Source: Gemmatimonadales bacterium | GTDB taxonomy: Bacteria; Gemmatimonadota; Gemmatimonadetes; Gemmatimonadales; GWC2-71-9 | Length of the DNA stretch: 64,000 bases | Assembly: GCA_033764505.1 (NCBI GenBank) | Contig: JANRIW010000020.1 | Coordinates: forward strand, 33,808-97,807 | Direction: 5' to 3' | Part shown: piece by piece, positions 8,756-17,596 of the stretch | Numbering within the stretch: position 1 is the first letter of the stretch | How the letters are laid out: every line of letters starts with the position of its first letter | Position numbers and translations under genes: made by a program | The notes under the pieces: generated by a model | Database searches by the model: none | Seen by the model: the letters and a program-made list of their open reading frames with translations, nothing else | What the model was told of the DNA's origin: nothing

Positions 8756-10054
8756 ATGAGCGCGCCCGCCACGTCGGGTTGGGCCTCACGCGCCGTCTCA
8801 CCTGACGACGTCGTCAAGCACCTCGCGAGCCGCGACAATGTGTTTGTGCATGGTGCGGCGGCGACGCCGACGACGCTGCTCGATGCGATGGCGCGACGCG
8901 GCGATCTCGAGGGCGTGCGCCTCTACCATCTGCATCTTGAGGGGCCGCTCGCCTTCCTGGAACCCAAGTACGACGGGCAGTTCCGCTCGATCTCGTTGTT
9001 CACGGGGCCGGCGTGTCGCGGGCCGATCGCCGAGGGACGCGCCGACTATGTGCCGATCTTCCTGAGCGACATCCCGTCGCTCTTCACGTCGCGCGACGTG
9101 CCGCTCGACGCGGCGCTGATCCAGCTCTCGCCGCCCGATGCGCACGGCTTCTGCACGCTCGGTCCGTCGGTGGATGCGGCGCGCGCGGCGGTGGACTCGG
9201 CCGCGATCGTGCTCGCGGAGATCAATCATCAGATGCCGCGGACGCACGGCAACGCGTTGGTGCCGCTGTCGCGGCTCACCGCGTACACCATCACCGATCG
9301 TCCGCTGCACGAGCATGGCAACGGGAAGGGCGATGCGGTGACGGCGATGATCGGCGAGCACGTGGCCGCGCTCGTGAACGATGGCGCGACGCTGCAAATG
9401 GGGATCGGCGCGATTCCCGACGCCGTCCTCTCGCGGCTCTTCGACAAGCACGACCTCGGCGTGCACACGGAGATGTTCTCCGATCGCCTGGTGGACCTGG
9501 TCGAGGCGGGGGTGATCACCAACCGTCACAAGCCGACGCAGACCGGCCGGATCTCGACGTCGTTCGTGAACGGGACGCGCCGACTCTTCGACTTCATCGA
9601 CGACAACCCGCTGGTGCACTTCCACGGCTGCGACTGGACCAACGACACGCAGCTGATCTGCAAGATGCCGGGGATGACCGCGATCAATTCGGCCATTCAG
9701 GTGGACCTGACCGGCCAGGTGAATGCCGACTCGATGGGGCACCGGATTTATTCCGGGATCGGCGGCCAGATGGACTTCATCCGGGGCGCGGCCCGGGCGC
9801 CCAACGGCAAGGCGATCATCGCCCTGCCGAGTACGGCGGCCCGGGGGACCATCTCGCGGATTGCCACGGAGCTGAGCTCGGGGGCCGGGGTGGTGACCAC
9901 CCGGGGGCACGTCCATTGGGTGGTGACCGAGTACGGCGCCGTGAACCTGCACGGCCGGACCATCCGGGAGCGGGGGGAGCTGCTGATCTCGATTGCCCAC
10001 CCCGATTTCCAGACGGAGCTGGCGCAGGCGTTGCGGGGGCGGGTGGTGGGGTGA
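8756..10054 (+). CDS. acetyl-CoA hydrolase/transferase family protein (4-hydroxybutyrate CoA-transferase-like)
   Basis: 432 aa with LQMGIGAIPDAV, HTEMFSD, SGIGGQMDF and VTTRGHVHWVVTEYG blocks. Confidence 0.9.
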   Translation: MSAPATSGWASRAVSPDDVVKHLASRDNVFVHGAAATPTTLLDAMARRGDLEGVRLYHLHLEGPLAFLEPKYDGQFRSISLFTGPACRGPIAEGRADYVPIFLSDIPSLFTSRDVPLDAALIQLSPPDAHGFCTLGPSVDAARAAVDSAAIVLAEINHQMPRTHGNALVPLSRLTAYTITDRPLHEHGNGKGDAVTAMIGEHVAALVNDGATLQMGIGAIPDAVLSRLFDKHDLGVHTEMFSDRLVDLVEAGVITNRHKPTQTGRISTSFVNGTRRLFDFIDDNPLVHFHGCDWTNDTQLICKMPGMTAINSAIQVDLTGQVNADSMGHRIYSGIGGQMDFIRGAARAPNGKAIIALPSTAARGTISRIATELSSGAGVVTTRGHVHWVVTEYGAVNLHGRTIRERGELLISIAHPDFQTELAQALRGRVVG

Positions 10055-10097
10055 TCTTCCCCCGGACTCGCCCCGATGCTACTTTCCGCCCCGGTAC

Positions 10098-10170
10098 GGC
10101 CAGGTAGCTCAGTTGGTAGAGCACGTGACTGAAAATCACGGTGTCGGGGGTTCAATTCCCTCTCTGGCCA
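10098..10170 (+). tRNA. tRNA-Phe (anticodon GAA)
   Basis: 73-nt cloverleaf folded by hand: acceptor GGCCAGG, D-arm GCTC/GAGC, anticodon loop CTGAAAA, T-arm GGGGG-TTCAATT-CCCTC, discriminator A. No encoded CCA. Confidence 0.95.
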
Positions 10171-10175
10171 CTCAG

Positions 10176-10199
10176 CGGCGCCTCCTTCGGGGGGCGCCG
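10176..10199 (+). terminator. GC-rich hairpin with TTCG loop immediately after tRNA-Phe
   Basis: CGGCGCC-TCC-TTCG-GGG-GGCGCCG followed by TTGTCGTTT. Confidence 0.45.
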
Positions 10200-10210
10200 T
10201 TGTCGTTTCA

Positions 10211-10577
10211 GCGAACGGCGAACGGCGAACGGTGAGGGGTGAGGGGTTTCCAGAAGGTGTCATCCTGAGCGAAGCAGCCCGAAGGGCTGCGCAGTCGAAG
10301 GACCTGCGTGATGGTAGATGGGCTGGGATCCGGTGCTCCCCGCCGCGACCGGAAGCCTCGGAACAGGAACCCGGGCGGGCTCGGCGCAGGGGTGTTCTTC
10401 GCAGCGGCTCCAAGGGCGGCGAGCCCGGAGCGATGCCCCCAGCCGCGCATGTCAATGCGCGGCGCCGGCGCAGCCGGCGTGAAGACGCGGCGAGCCGCTT
10501 TGGAGTCCGCGAGAACGGACACCCCAGGTCGAGCCCGCTGTACGGAACATCCCGGCCCTCGGTCCTCGGTCCTCGGT
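10211..10577. repeat. composite: heptamers, half GTCATCCTGAGCG element, ~180-nt palindromic element, heptamers
   Basis: GCGAACG x3 and GTGAGGG x2 (10211..10245). GTCATCCTGAGCGAAGC...GTCGAAGGACC from 10259. Palindromic element core at 10371..10557. CCTCGGT x3 at 10557..10577. Confidence 0.85.
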
Positions 10578-10623
10578 TGCTATTAGATTCGGCGTCCGTT
10601 CCCCCTCTCTGCGGAGTCCCGAC

Positions 10624-11763
10624 ATGCGGTCCACCCCCATCGCCCTGCTCGGCCTGCTGTCCGCGGCCTGCCTCACGGCCCAGACGCCGGCCAAGCAGTC
10701 GCCGACGCCGACCAACATCAGCACCGTGCTGCGGGTCGAGACGGTGGCCACTGGCCTCGTCAACCCGTGGGGCCTCGACTTCCTCCCCGATGGGCGGATG
10801 ATCGTGACCGAGAAGCCGGGCCGGATCCGGATCGTGGCCAAGGACGGGACGCTGTCGGAGCCGGTGACCGGCGTGCCGGCCGTCTTCGCGCGCGGCCAGG
10901 GCGGCCTGCTCGACGTGGCGGTGGACCCGAAGTTTGCCCAGAACCGCACCATCTTCTTCACCTTTGCGGAGCCGGGCGACAGCGGCACCGCCGGCACCGC
11001 GGTGGGTCGCGGCCGCCTGGTCGGCAACGCGCTGACCGAGGTCGAGGTGATCTACCGCCAGAGCCCGAAGGTGCGCAGCACGGCGCACTTCGGGTCGCGG
11101 ATCGTGTTCAACAAGGACGGCACGCTCTTCGTGACGGCGGGCGATCGCGGCAACCAGCGGCCGCTGGTGCAGGATCTCTCGACCGGCATCGGCAAGATCG
11201 TGCGCATCAACCCCGACGGCACCATTCCGAAGGACAATCCGTTCGTGGGCCGCGCCGGCGTCAACGAGGCGATCTGGAGCTACGGCCACCGCAACCTGCA
11301 GGGCGCGACGCTCGACGGCGCCGGCCAGCTCTGGACGGTGGAGCACGGCGCCAAGGGTGGCGACGAGCTGAACCATCCGCAGGCCGGGAAGAACTACGGC
11401 TGGCCGATCATCACCTACGGCACCGACTACAACGGCACCAAGATCGGCGAGGGCACCGCCAAGGCGGGGATGGAGCAGCCGGTCTACTTCTGGGATCCGG
11501 TGATCGCGCCGTCGGAACTGGTCTACTACACCGGCGACAAGTACCCGGGCTGGAAGGGGAACTTCGTGGCCGGCGGCATGGGCACGGTCAACGGCCTGGT
11601 GCGCCTCGTGGTCGAGAACGGCCAGGTGGTGCGCGAGGAGCGTCACCTCGGCGAACTCGCCCTCCGCATCCGCGACGTGCAGCAGGGGCCCGACGGCTTC
11701 CTCTACGTCACCACCGACGTGACCGACGGCAAGATCCTGCGCGTCCGTCCGGTCGGCAAGTAA
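10624..11763 (+). CDS. PQQ-dependent soluble sugar dehydrogenase (YliI/GSDH-like)
   Basis: Signal peptide, then LVNPWGLDFLPDGRMIVTEKPGRIRIV, HFGSRIVF, WSYGHRNLQG and GWPIITYG blocks. Confidence 0.9.
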   Translation: MRSTPIALLGLLSAACLTAQTPAKQSPTPTNISTVLRVETVATGLVNPWGLDFLPDGRMIVTEKPGRIRIVAKDGTLSEPVTGVPAVFARGQGGLLDVAVDPKFAQNRTIFFTFAEPGDSGTAGTAVGRGRLVGNALTEVEVIYRQSPKVRSTAHFGSRIVFNKDGTLFVTAGDRGNQRPLVQDLSTGIGKIVRINPDGTIPKDNPFVGRAGVNEAIWSYGHRNLQGATLDGAGQLWTVEHGAKGGDELNHPQAGKNYGWPIITYGTDYNGTKIGEGTAKAGMEQPVYFWDPVIAPSELVYYTGDKYPGWKGNFVAGGMGTVNGLVRLVVENGQVVREERHLGELALRIRDVQQGPDGFLYVTTDVTDGKILRVRPVGK

Positions 11764-11797
11764 CCTCGATCACTTCTTTGCAGGCGGAGTCGCCCTG

Positions 11798-12274
11798 ATG
11801 GCCATGGTCTCGCCCTATCGTTCGCTGCCGGTGTCCAAGCGCGTCGAACTGGTGTTGCTCGATCTCACGACGTCGAAAGACTCGCGCGCCCTCTACATCC
11901 AGCGGATGGTGGCGCGCGGCGGCGGCTTCCGCCCGGTGACGCTGCGCAGCTGGCCGGTCGAAAAGCTCGCCAAGGAAATCGTGCGCCTCAACCTCGAGAC
12001 CTTCCAGGACGAGCTCGGCATGCTGCAGACGCTCTACGTGGACAAGGAGCCCGAGCTGCAGATCGCCTTCCTCGACGCCGCCGGCGTGGCCCACAAGGAT
12101 GGCCACATTGCCGACGACATGCCCACGCCGTTCGCCTCCGCCGAGCTGGTGGCCAGCGCCGCCAAGCTGCTGCTGGAGCAGCACGGTGAAGATGGCAAGC
12201 GCTACCTCAGGACCATTGCGCTGTACAATGGGGAGGCGTGGCCGGGGTTGGGATCTGTGATTGGAGAGGCCTGA
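11798..12274 (+). CDS. hypothetical protein
   Basis: 158-aa ORF with balanced composition. No domain recognised. Confidence 0.5.
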   Translation: MAMVSPYRSLPVSKRVELVLLDLTTSKDSRALYIQRMVARGGGFRPVTLRSWPVEKLAKEIVRLNLETFQDELGMLQTLYVDKEPELQIAFLDAAGVAHKDGHIADDMPTPFASAELVASAAKLLLEQHGEDGKRYLRTIALYNGEAWPGLGSVIGEA

Positions 12275-12280
12275 TTTTTC

Positions 12281-12388
12281 GAGAAGCGAGAAGCGAGAAG
12301 CGAGAGGCGAGAGGCGAGAGGCGAGAAGGAGCGGGGTGCCGCGGAATGATCTTTCCGCAGCACCCCGCTTCTCGCTTCTCGCTTCTCG
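12281..12388. repeat. long heptamer-armed hairpin between convergent genes (likely bidirectional terminator)
   Basis: GAGAAGC x3, GAGAGGC x3, GAGAAGG, AGCGGGGTG - inner hairpin GCGGAA/TTCCGC - CACCCCGCT, TCTCGCT x2, TCTCG. Confidence 0.85.
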
Positions 12389-13435
12389 TTACTTGATGGA
12401 CTGCATCTCAATCACAAACCGATACTTCACATCACTCTTCAGCATCCGCTCGTAGGCGGTGTTGATCTCCTGCATCGGGATCTTCTCGATGTCGGCGGTG
12501 ATGTTGTGCTTCCCGCAGAAGTCGAGCATCTCCTGCGTCTCCTTGATGCCGCCGATGAGCGAGCCGGCGATGCTCCTGCGGCCAAAGATCATCCCCATGA
12601 CGCCAGGGGAAGGATGTGGCGTGGCCGGGACGCCGACCAGGACCATGGTGCCGTCGCGCTTCAGCGCGCCGATGAACGGGTCGAGGTTGTGCGGCGCGGC
12701 GACGGTGTTGAGGATGAAGTCGAACTGCCCTGCGGCTGCGGCCATCGCGCCGGCGTCGGTGCTGATGATCACGTGGTGCGCGCCGAGCGCCTTGGCGTCG
12801 GCCACCTTGCTGGGCGAGGTGGTGAAGACCGTCACGTCGGCGCCCATCGCGGCGGCGAGCTTGACGCCCATGTGACCGAGGCCGCCGAGGCCGACGACGC
12901 CGACCGTGCTCCCCTTGCCGACCTTCCAGTGGCGAAGCGGCGAGTAGGTGGTGATGCCGGCGCAGAGGAGCGGCGCGGCCGCGGCGAGGTCGAGGTTGGA
13001 CGGCACCCGGAGCACGAAGGCCTGGTCGACGGTGATGTCGGTGGTGTAGCCGCCGTACGTCGGGCCGCCGGTGTGCTTGTCCACGCTCATGTAGGTGCCG
13101 ACGAAGCCGCTGCCGGTGCAGTAGTTCTCCAGCCCTTCCTGGCACGAGGAGCAGGTGCGGCAGGAATCGACCATGCAGCCGACGCCGACGGTGTCACCGA
13201 CCTTGAAGTCCTTCACGTCGCTGCCCACCGCCGTCACGTGCCCCACGATCTCGTGACCCGCGATCGCCGGATACGGAATCGGGCCCCAGTCGCCCTTCAG
13301 GAAGTGCAGGTCGGAGTGGCAGACGCCGCAGTAGACGATGTCGATCGCGACGTCGGTCGGACCAGGGGCGCGGCGGGTGATGGTGTGGGGGGCAAGCGGG
13401 GTGTCGGGCGAGAAGGCGGCAAAGGCGTTGGTCAT
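12389..13435 (-). CDS. NAD(P)-dependent zinc alcohol dehydrogenase (cinnamyl-ADH/YahK-like)
   Basis: GVCHSDLH, GHEIVG, structural-zinc cluster CRTCSSCQ, Rossmann motif VGVVGLGGLGHMGV. Internal ATG 13435 chosen over the long ORF start. Confidence 0.9.
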   Translation of the reverse strand: MTNAFAAFSPDTPLAPHTITRRAPGPTDVAIDIVYCGVCHSDLHFLKGDWGPIPYPAIAGHEIVGHVTAVGSDVKDFKVGDTVGVGCMVDSCRTCSSCQEGLENYCTGSGFVGTYMSVDKHTGGPTYGGYTTDITVDQAFVLRVPSNLDLAAAAPLLCAGITTYSPLRHWKVGKGSTVGVVGLGGLGHMGVKLAAAMGADVTVFTTSPSKVADAKALGAHHVIISTDAGAMAAAAGQFDFILNTVAAPHNLDPFIGALKRDGTMVLVGVPATPHPSPGVMGMIFGRRSIAGSLIGGIKETQEMLDFCGKHNITADIEKIPMQEINTAYERMLKSDVKYRFVIEMQSIK

Positions 13436-13538
13436 CTGGGTGGGGCATCCTTGGGCTGAGGGGGTGCAGCATGATACACCCTTACCCGGCGATGGGTCCG
13501 GCGGTATCGTATCAGATCCCCCATTCCGGAGCCCCCTC

Positions 13539-14000
13539 ATGCGTTCCTGCCTTCCCCTGGCCGTGCTGGTCATGCTCGGGTGCGCCACCGATCCGTCGTC
13601 CACGGGTCCAGGGGCGACCTACAACCCGATCGCCGGCACCTACGTCGGTGCGGTCTCCGGCACCACCGAGGGCTCCACCCTCGAGGGACCGTACACGCTC
13701 AACCTGCAGCAGTCCGCCGGCAGCCTCAGCGGCAGCTACAGCTTCGTGGCGACCTTTCCGACCGGCACGCTGACCATGGCGGGCTCGGTCGACGGGACGA
13801 TGACCGCCGGCGACTACCCCACCGTGACACTCGACCTCACCCACGACATCTGCACCAACGTGAAGGTGCGCCACACCGGCACGTACGACCTCGCCCTCCG
13901 ACGGATCACGTTGAGCGGGCCGATCGACCTGGTGAATACCCAGAACAATGCCTGCAACATCTCGCGGCGGCTGAGCACCACGGTGACGATGAATCGGTAG
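13539..14000 (+). CDS. lipoprotein, paralogue of 30175..30660
   Basis: Lipobox VMLGCA. Shared blocks IAGTYVG, QSAGSLSGSY and a C-terminal Cys pair. Confidence 0.6.
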   Translation: MRSCLPLAVLVMLGCATDPSSTGPGATYNPIAGTYVGAVSGTTEGSTLEGPYTLNLQQSAGSLSGSYSFVATFPTGTLTMAGSVDGTMTAGDYPTVTLDLTHDICTNVKVRHTGTYDLALRRITLSGPIDLVNTQNNACNISRRLSTTVTMNR

Positions 14001-14029
14001 GGTGGGTGAGGCATGTCATCCTTGATTCC

Positions 14030-14050
14030 CGTTCACCGTTCACCCCTCAC
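14030..14050. repeat. short heptamer array
   Basis: CGTTCAC x2, CCCTCAC. Confidence 0.7.
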
Positions 14051-14057
14051 CCTGCTT

Positions 14058-14831
14058 TCAGATCCGCACCGACAAGCAGCTTAACCCGCCATCCATCTTC
14101 CGGAACTCCGACATCTCGAGTGTCACCACGCGATAGCCGAGCGCCTCGACGCGCGCGGTGAGCTCGGGATAGCCGGCGGCCATCAGCACGGCATCGTTCA
14201 CGCGGACGCAGTTGGCGGCGTAGCCATCGGCGTCGGGGACGACCAGCAGGCGGTAGCGCTGCAGCGCGGGATGCGTGGCGAGTGCCTCGACCACCACGAG
14301 GTCGTCGCCACCGAGCCAAGCGATGCCGCTCTTGAGGTGCAGCAGCAGCGGGTTGCCGCGAATCGAAATGGTCTCTGCGGTATAGCCGAGGCCGTGCAGC
14401 CAGCGGCTGAGCTGCTCGGCGCCGGATTCGTTGGTGCGATCGGAGAGGCCAATGAGGAAGTGCGAGCCGACCTGGCAGATGTCGCCGCCATCGAGGGTGC
14501 CGGGTGCGGTGATCGCGGCAGGCTCGCCGCAGAGTCGCTGCAACACCGAGCGCATGGCGGTCACTTCGCCGGCGCGACTCGGCGCGCCCGGCCGCGCGAG
14601 GATGGCGCCGTTGGCCGTGACGACGGCGGTATCCTCGACGAAGCAGGAGTCGGGGTGCGCCGGGTCCGCCGGAAGAGCCTCGACTCGAACGCCGAGCGCC
14701 TCGAGGGCGGCGCAATACGCGGCGTGCTGCTCGAGGGCCAGCGCGAGGTCGGGCGCACCCAGGCCGGCGGTGGTGATGCCATCGGCGTAGGAGGCGGAGG
14801 GGGGGCAGGTGATGGCGTGGGAGAAGTTCAT
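14058..14831 (-). CDS. dimethylarginine dimethylaminohydrolase-like (amidinotransferase fold) enzyme
   Basis: CFVEDTAVV, LLHLKSG, and a C-terminal MDGGLSCLSVRI catalytic-Cys motif. Confidence 0.8.
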   Translation of the reverse strand: MNFSHAITCPPSASYADGITTAGLGAPDLALALEQHAAYCAALEALGVRVEALPADPAHPDSCFVEDTAVVTANGAILARPGAPSRAGEVTAMRSVLQRLCGEPAAITAPGTLDGGDICQVGSHFLIGLSDRTNESGAEQLSRWLHGLGYTAETISIRGNPLLLHLKSGIAWLGGDDLVVVEALATHPALQRYRLLVVPDADGYAANCVRVNDAVLMAAGYPELTARVEALGYRVVTLEMSEFRKMDGGLSCLSVRI

Positions 14832-14840
14832 GGCATCCGT

Positions 14841-15045
14841 CGAGAAGCGAGAAGCGAGCAACGAGCAGCGAGCAGCGTCGGAAGGTTGTCATCCTGAGCG
14901 GAGCCCGCGGAGCGGGCGAAGTCGAAGGACCTCGGCGCCCGGAGAGAGGTCCTTCGACTGCGCACCCCTTCGGGGTGCTTCGCTCAGGATGACACGCCGG
15001 GGTAGGGCCACGCTTCTCGCATCACGCTTCACGCTTCACAATCAT
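14841..15045. repeat. composite: heptamers / full GTCATCCTGAGCG multi-hairpin element / inverted heptamers
   Basis: CGAGAAG x2, CGAGCAA, CGAGCAG x2. Element at 14888..14993. CGCTTCT, CGCATCA, CGCTTCA x2. Confidence 0.9.
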
Positions 15046-16365
15046 CCGATACACCGGCCAGCTCGCCGCCAGCAGGGCAATCGACCAGAGCGAGTTGGTC
15101 CGATCGCTCAGCACGGCACCGATCAGGAAGGCCGCGGATCCGACGAGGACCACGCCCGTGGTCCACGGGAAGCCCGGGACGCGGAAGGGGCGCGGCGTGT
15201 CGGGTTCCTTGCGGCGCAATGCAAAGATGGCGGTGAAGGAGATGAGGTAGTTGGCCACAAAGAAGAAGGCCGCGAGCGCGAGCACCGAGTTGAAGGTGCC
15301 GGTGATGATGAAGGCGAGGGCGGCCACCACCGACAACGCGTGCGCCACCACCGGCGTGCCGCCGTCGTTGACGCGTTCGATTGCCGTGGGCATCAGTCCG
15401 TCGCGGGCCATCGCCATCGGGACGCGCGCCCCGAAGAGGATGTTGGAGTTGATGCCGCCGAGCACCGCGATGAGCACCACGATGCGGATGACCAGGTCGC
15501 CCTTGGGACCGAAGAGGATGGCGCCGGCGGTGCCGGCCACAAACTGATCGCCGGCCATCGCGTCGATGCCGACCACGCGGAGCATGGCGAGGTTGAAGCC
15601 GAGGTAGATCAGGATCACCAGCAGCACGCCGCCGATCATGGTGCGCGGCATGGTGTGCTCGACGTTGACGGTCTCTTCGCCGAAGTAGAGCGGGCCGGTC
15701 CATCCGTCGTAGGTGAAGATCACGGCTTGCAGCGCGAGGATCACCCCGGCCACGAGTCCCGTCCCCGTCGGCAGTACCACCGGTGCGGCGACGGCGAACT
15801 CGGGGACGGCCATCACGAAGCCGGCCACGATCAGCACGCCGAAGGCCAATGCCTTGAGGCCGCTGAGGATCTGCTGCGCCACGTCGCCGCTCTTGACGCC
15901 ATTCCATTGCAGCCAGCCGAAGGCGAGGACGATCGCGGAGGCCACCGCCTTCACCCCGCCCGGGATGTCGGGGAGCAGCGGCAGCGCGAACTCGGCGAAG
16001 ACAATCGCACCGAGCGAGGTGGACGCGGCGATCGAGAACCAGTCGCTCCATCCCACCACGAAGGCTGGGTACGGACCGAGCGCCCGGCGGACAATGGGGT
16101 ACTGGCCTCCCGACCGTTTGGTGATGATGCCGCCTTCGGCCAGCGACATGGCGCCGAGCAGGGCGTAGAGGCCGCCCACCACCCAGATGGCGATGAAGAG
16201 GCCGGCGCTCGGCAGTTGGGTGGCGACTTCGCCGGGGGTGCGCATGATCCCGGTGGCGATGGTGTTGCCGACCAGGACGGCGAGGCCAAAGGCCACACCA
16301 AGTACCTGGTGGAGCGAGCCGCGGCGCGCTTCAGTGATAGGAGGTTCCGTGATGGGGAAGGCCAA
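15022..16365 (-). CDS. APC-family amino-acid permease
   Basis: 447 aa with about 12 hydrophobic segments. GNTIATGIMRTPGEV signature. TTG start. The last codons (KREA, stop) are encoded by heptamer repeats. Confidence 0.85.
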   Translation of the reverse strand: MAFPITEPPITEARRGSLHQVLGVAFGLAVLVGNTIATGIMRTPGEVATQLPSAGLFIAIWVVGGLYALLGAMSLAEGGIITKRSGGQYPIVRRALGPYPAFVVGWSDWFSIAASTSLGAIVFAEFALPLLPDIPGGVKAVASAIVLAFGWLQWNGVKSGDVAQQILSGLKALAFGVLIVAGFVMAVPEFAVAAPVVLPTGTGLVAGVILALQAVIFTYDGWTGPLYFGEETVNVEHTMPRTMIGGVLLVILIYLGFNLAMLRVVGIDAMAGDQFVAGTAGAILFGPKGDLVIRIVVLIAVLGGINSNILFGARVPMAMARDGLMPTAIERVNDGGTPVVAHALSVVAALAFIITGTFNSVLALAAFFFVANYLISFTAIFALRRKEPDTPRPFRVPGFPWTTGVVLVGSAAFLIGAVLSDRTNSLWSIALLAASWPVYRMIVKREA

Positions 16366-16400
16366 CTATACGGCGCGATTGGCTGATGCGCCAATCAGTC

Positions 16401-16620
16401 TTCAGCCGCGGCCGTCAGGCCGCGGTGAGGGGTGAGGGGGGGCATCGCTCCGGGCTCGCCGCCCTTGGAGCCGCTGCGAAGGACACCCCAGCGTCGAGCC
16501 CGCACGCAGAGGTCCTTCGACTGCGCAGCCCTACGGGCTGCTTCGCTCAGGATGACAACCTCTCTGTCCTCCATCATCCATCAGCGCTGTTCGCTGTTCG
16601 CTGTTCGCCGTTCGCTGTCA
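16401..16620. repeat. composite: CCGCGGCC hairpin, GTGAGGG x2, half palindromic element, half GTCATCCTGAGCG element, GTTCGCT heptamers
   Basis: Hairpin at 16406..16425. Half element at 16452..16503. GAGGTCCTTCGACTGCG...CGCTCAGGATGAC at 16509..16556. Heptamers at 16568..16620. Confidence 0.85.
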
Positions 16621-17596
16621 CCACCACACTCCCCCGCTTCCTCCCGCTCTCCACGCGCGCATGCGCCGCCACGATCTCGTCGAGCGGCAGGCACCGATCG
16701 ATCAGCGGCGTGAAGCGTCCTGCGGCCGCCATGGCGACGATGGTGCGGAGGTCGTCCACCCGCTCGGCAGCGGGACCGGCGATGACGCGGTGGTGCGTGG
16801 TGAGGCGGACCCAGGGCGCGCGGAGCATTTCGGGGAGCGTGGCGAGGACGGCGAGGAGTTTGCCGCGTGGCGTGAGTGCGTGGCGCACCCGCGCGTAGGG
16901 CGCGTTGCCGACGGTGTCGGCGATGAGGTCGTAGCGAATCCCTTCGGCGGCGAAGTCGGTGGTGGTGTAGTCCACCACGCGTGCGGCGCCAAGGTAGCGC
17001 ATGAGTGCGGCGTTGGCACCGCTGCAGACCGCGGTGACCTCCGCGCCGGCGGCCACGGCCACTTGCAGCATCGCCGAGCCGACGGTTCCGGAGGCGCCGT
17101 TGATCAGGACGTTCTGGCCGCCGCGCAGTTCGCCGCGACGAAAGAAGTCGATTGCGGTGGTGCCACCAAAGGGGAGTGCCGCGGCCGACTCATAGGCGAG
17201 GTGCGCTGGCTTGTGCACCACCACCCCGTCGGCGGCGATGCAACAGTACTCGGCGTGCGCGCCGAGCTTGATGCCGGCAGAGGCGATGACGGCATCGCCC
17301 ACGGCGAAGTTCGTGACCGACGCCCCGATGGCCACCACGTCACCGGCGAGCTCGCTGCCGAGGATGGGCTGACGCGGTGCCGTGAGGCCGAAGGCAAGCC
17401 GACTGAGGAGGCCGAAGCCGCGCGGCACCGTGAGGCTCCGTATCCGCCAGTCGGCCGACGACACGGTGGTCGCGCGCACGCGGATCAGCAGCTCGGTGGG
17501 GCCGGGGACGGGCGTGAGCACATCCCCGACCGACACCACCTCCGGCGGGCCATAGCGCCGGTAGACTGCCGCCCGCATGTAGACCGCTTGGGTCAT
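16574..17596 (-). CDS. MDR-family NAD(P)H quinone oxidoreductase-like protein
   Basis: 340 aa with an MDR N-terminal GroES-like region and the Rossmann motif INGASGTVGSAMLQVA. The C-terminal ANGEQRTANSADG is encoded by a repeat array. Confidence 0.85.
   Translation of the reverse strand: MTQAVYMRAAVYRRYGPPEVVSVGDVLTPVPGPTELLIRVRATTVSSADWRIRSLTVPRGFGLLSRLAFGLTAPRQPILGSELAGDVVAIGASVTNFAVGDAVIASAGIKLGAHAEYCCIAADGVVVHKPAHLAYESAAALPFGGTTAIDFFRRGELRGGQNVLINGASGTVGSAMLQVAVAAGAEVTAVCSGANAALMRYLGAARVVDYTTTDFAAEGIRYDLIADTVGNAPYARVRHALTPRGKLLAVLATLPEMLRAPWVRLTTHHRVIAGPAAERVDDLRTIVAMAAAGRFTPLIDRCLPLDEIVAAHARVESGRKRGSVVVTANGEQRTANSADG

Noticed and set aside
10098-10577. tRNA-Phe as an integration hotspot with a downstream island
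   Set aside because: What follows the tRNA is the host-type repeat composite and then a normal high-G+C core gene. I found no integrase and no duplicated tRNA 3-prime end.
9748-11646. 632-aa minus-strand ORF across the tRNA and the PQQ dehydrogenase gene. Similar long antisense ORFs occur at 3491..4870, 6647..7930, 28682..30187, 55921..57453 and 61766..63310.
   Set aside because: All have low-complexity, Arg-rich composition without motifs. Each overlaps a well-supported gene or the tRNA on the other strand.
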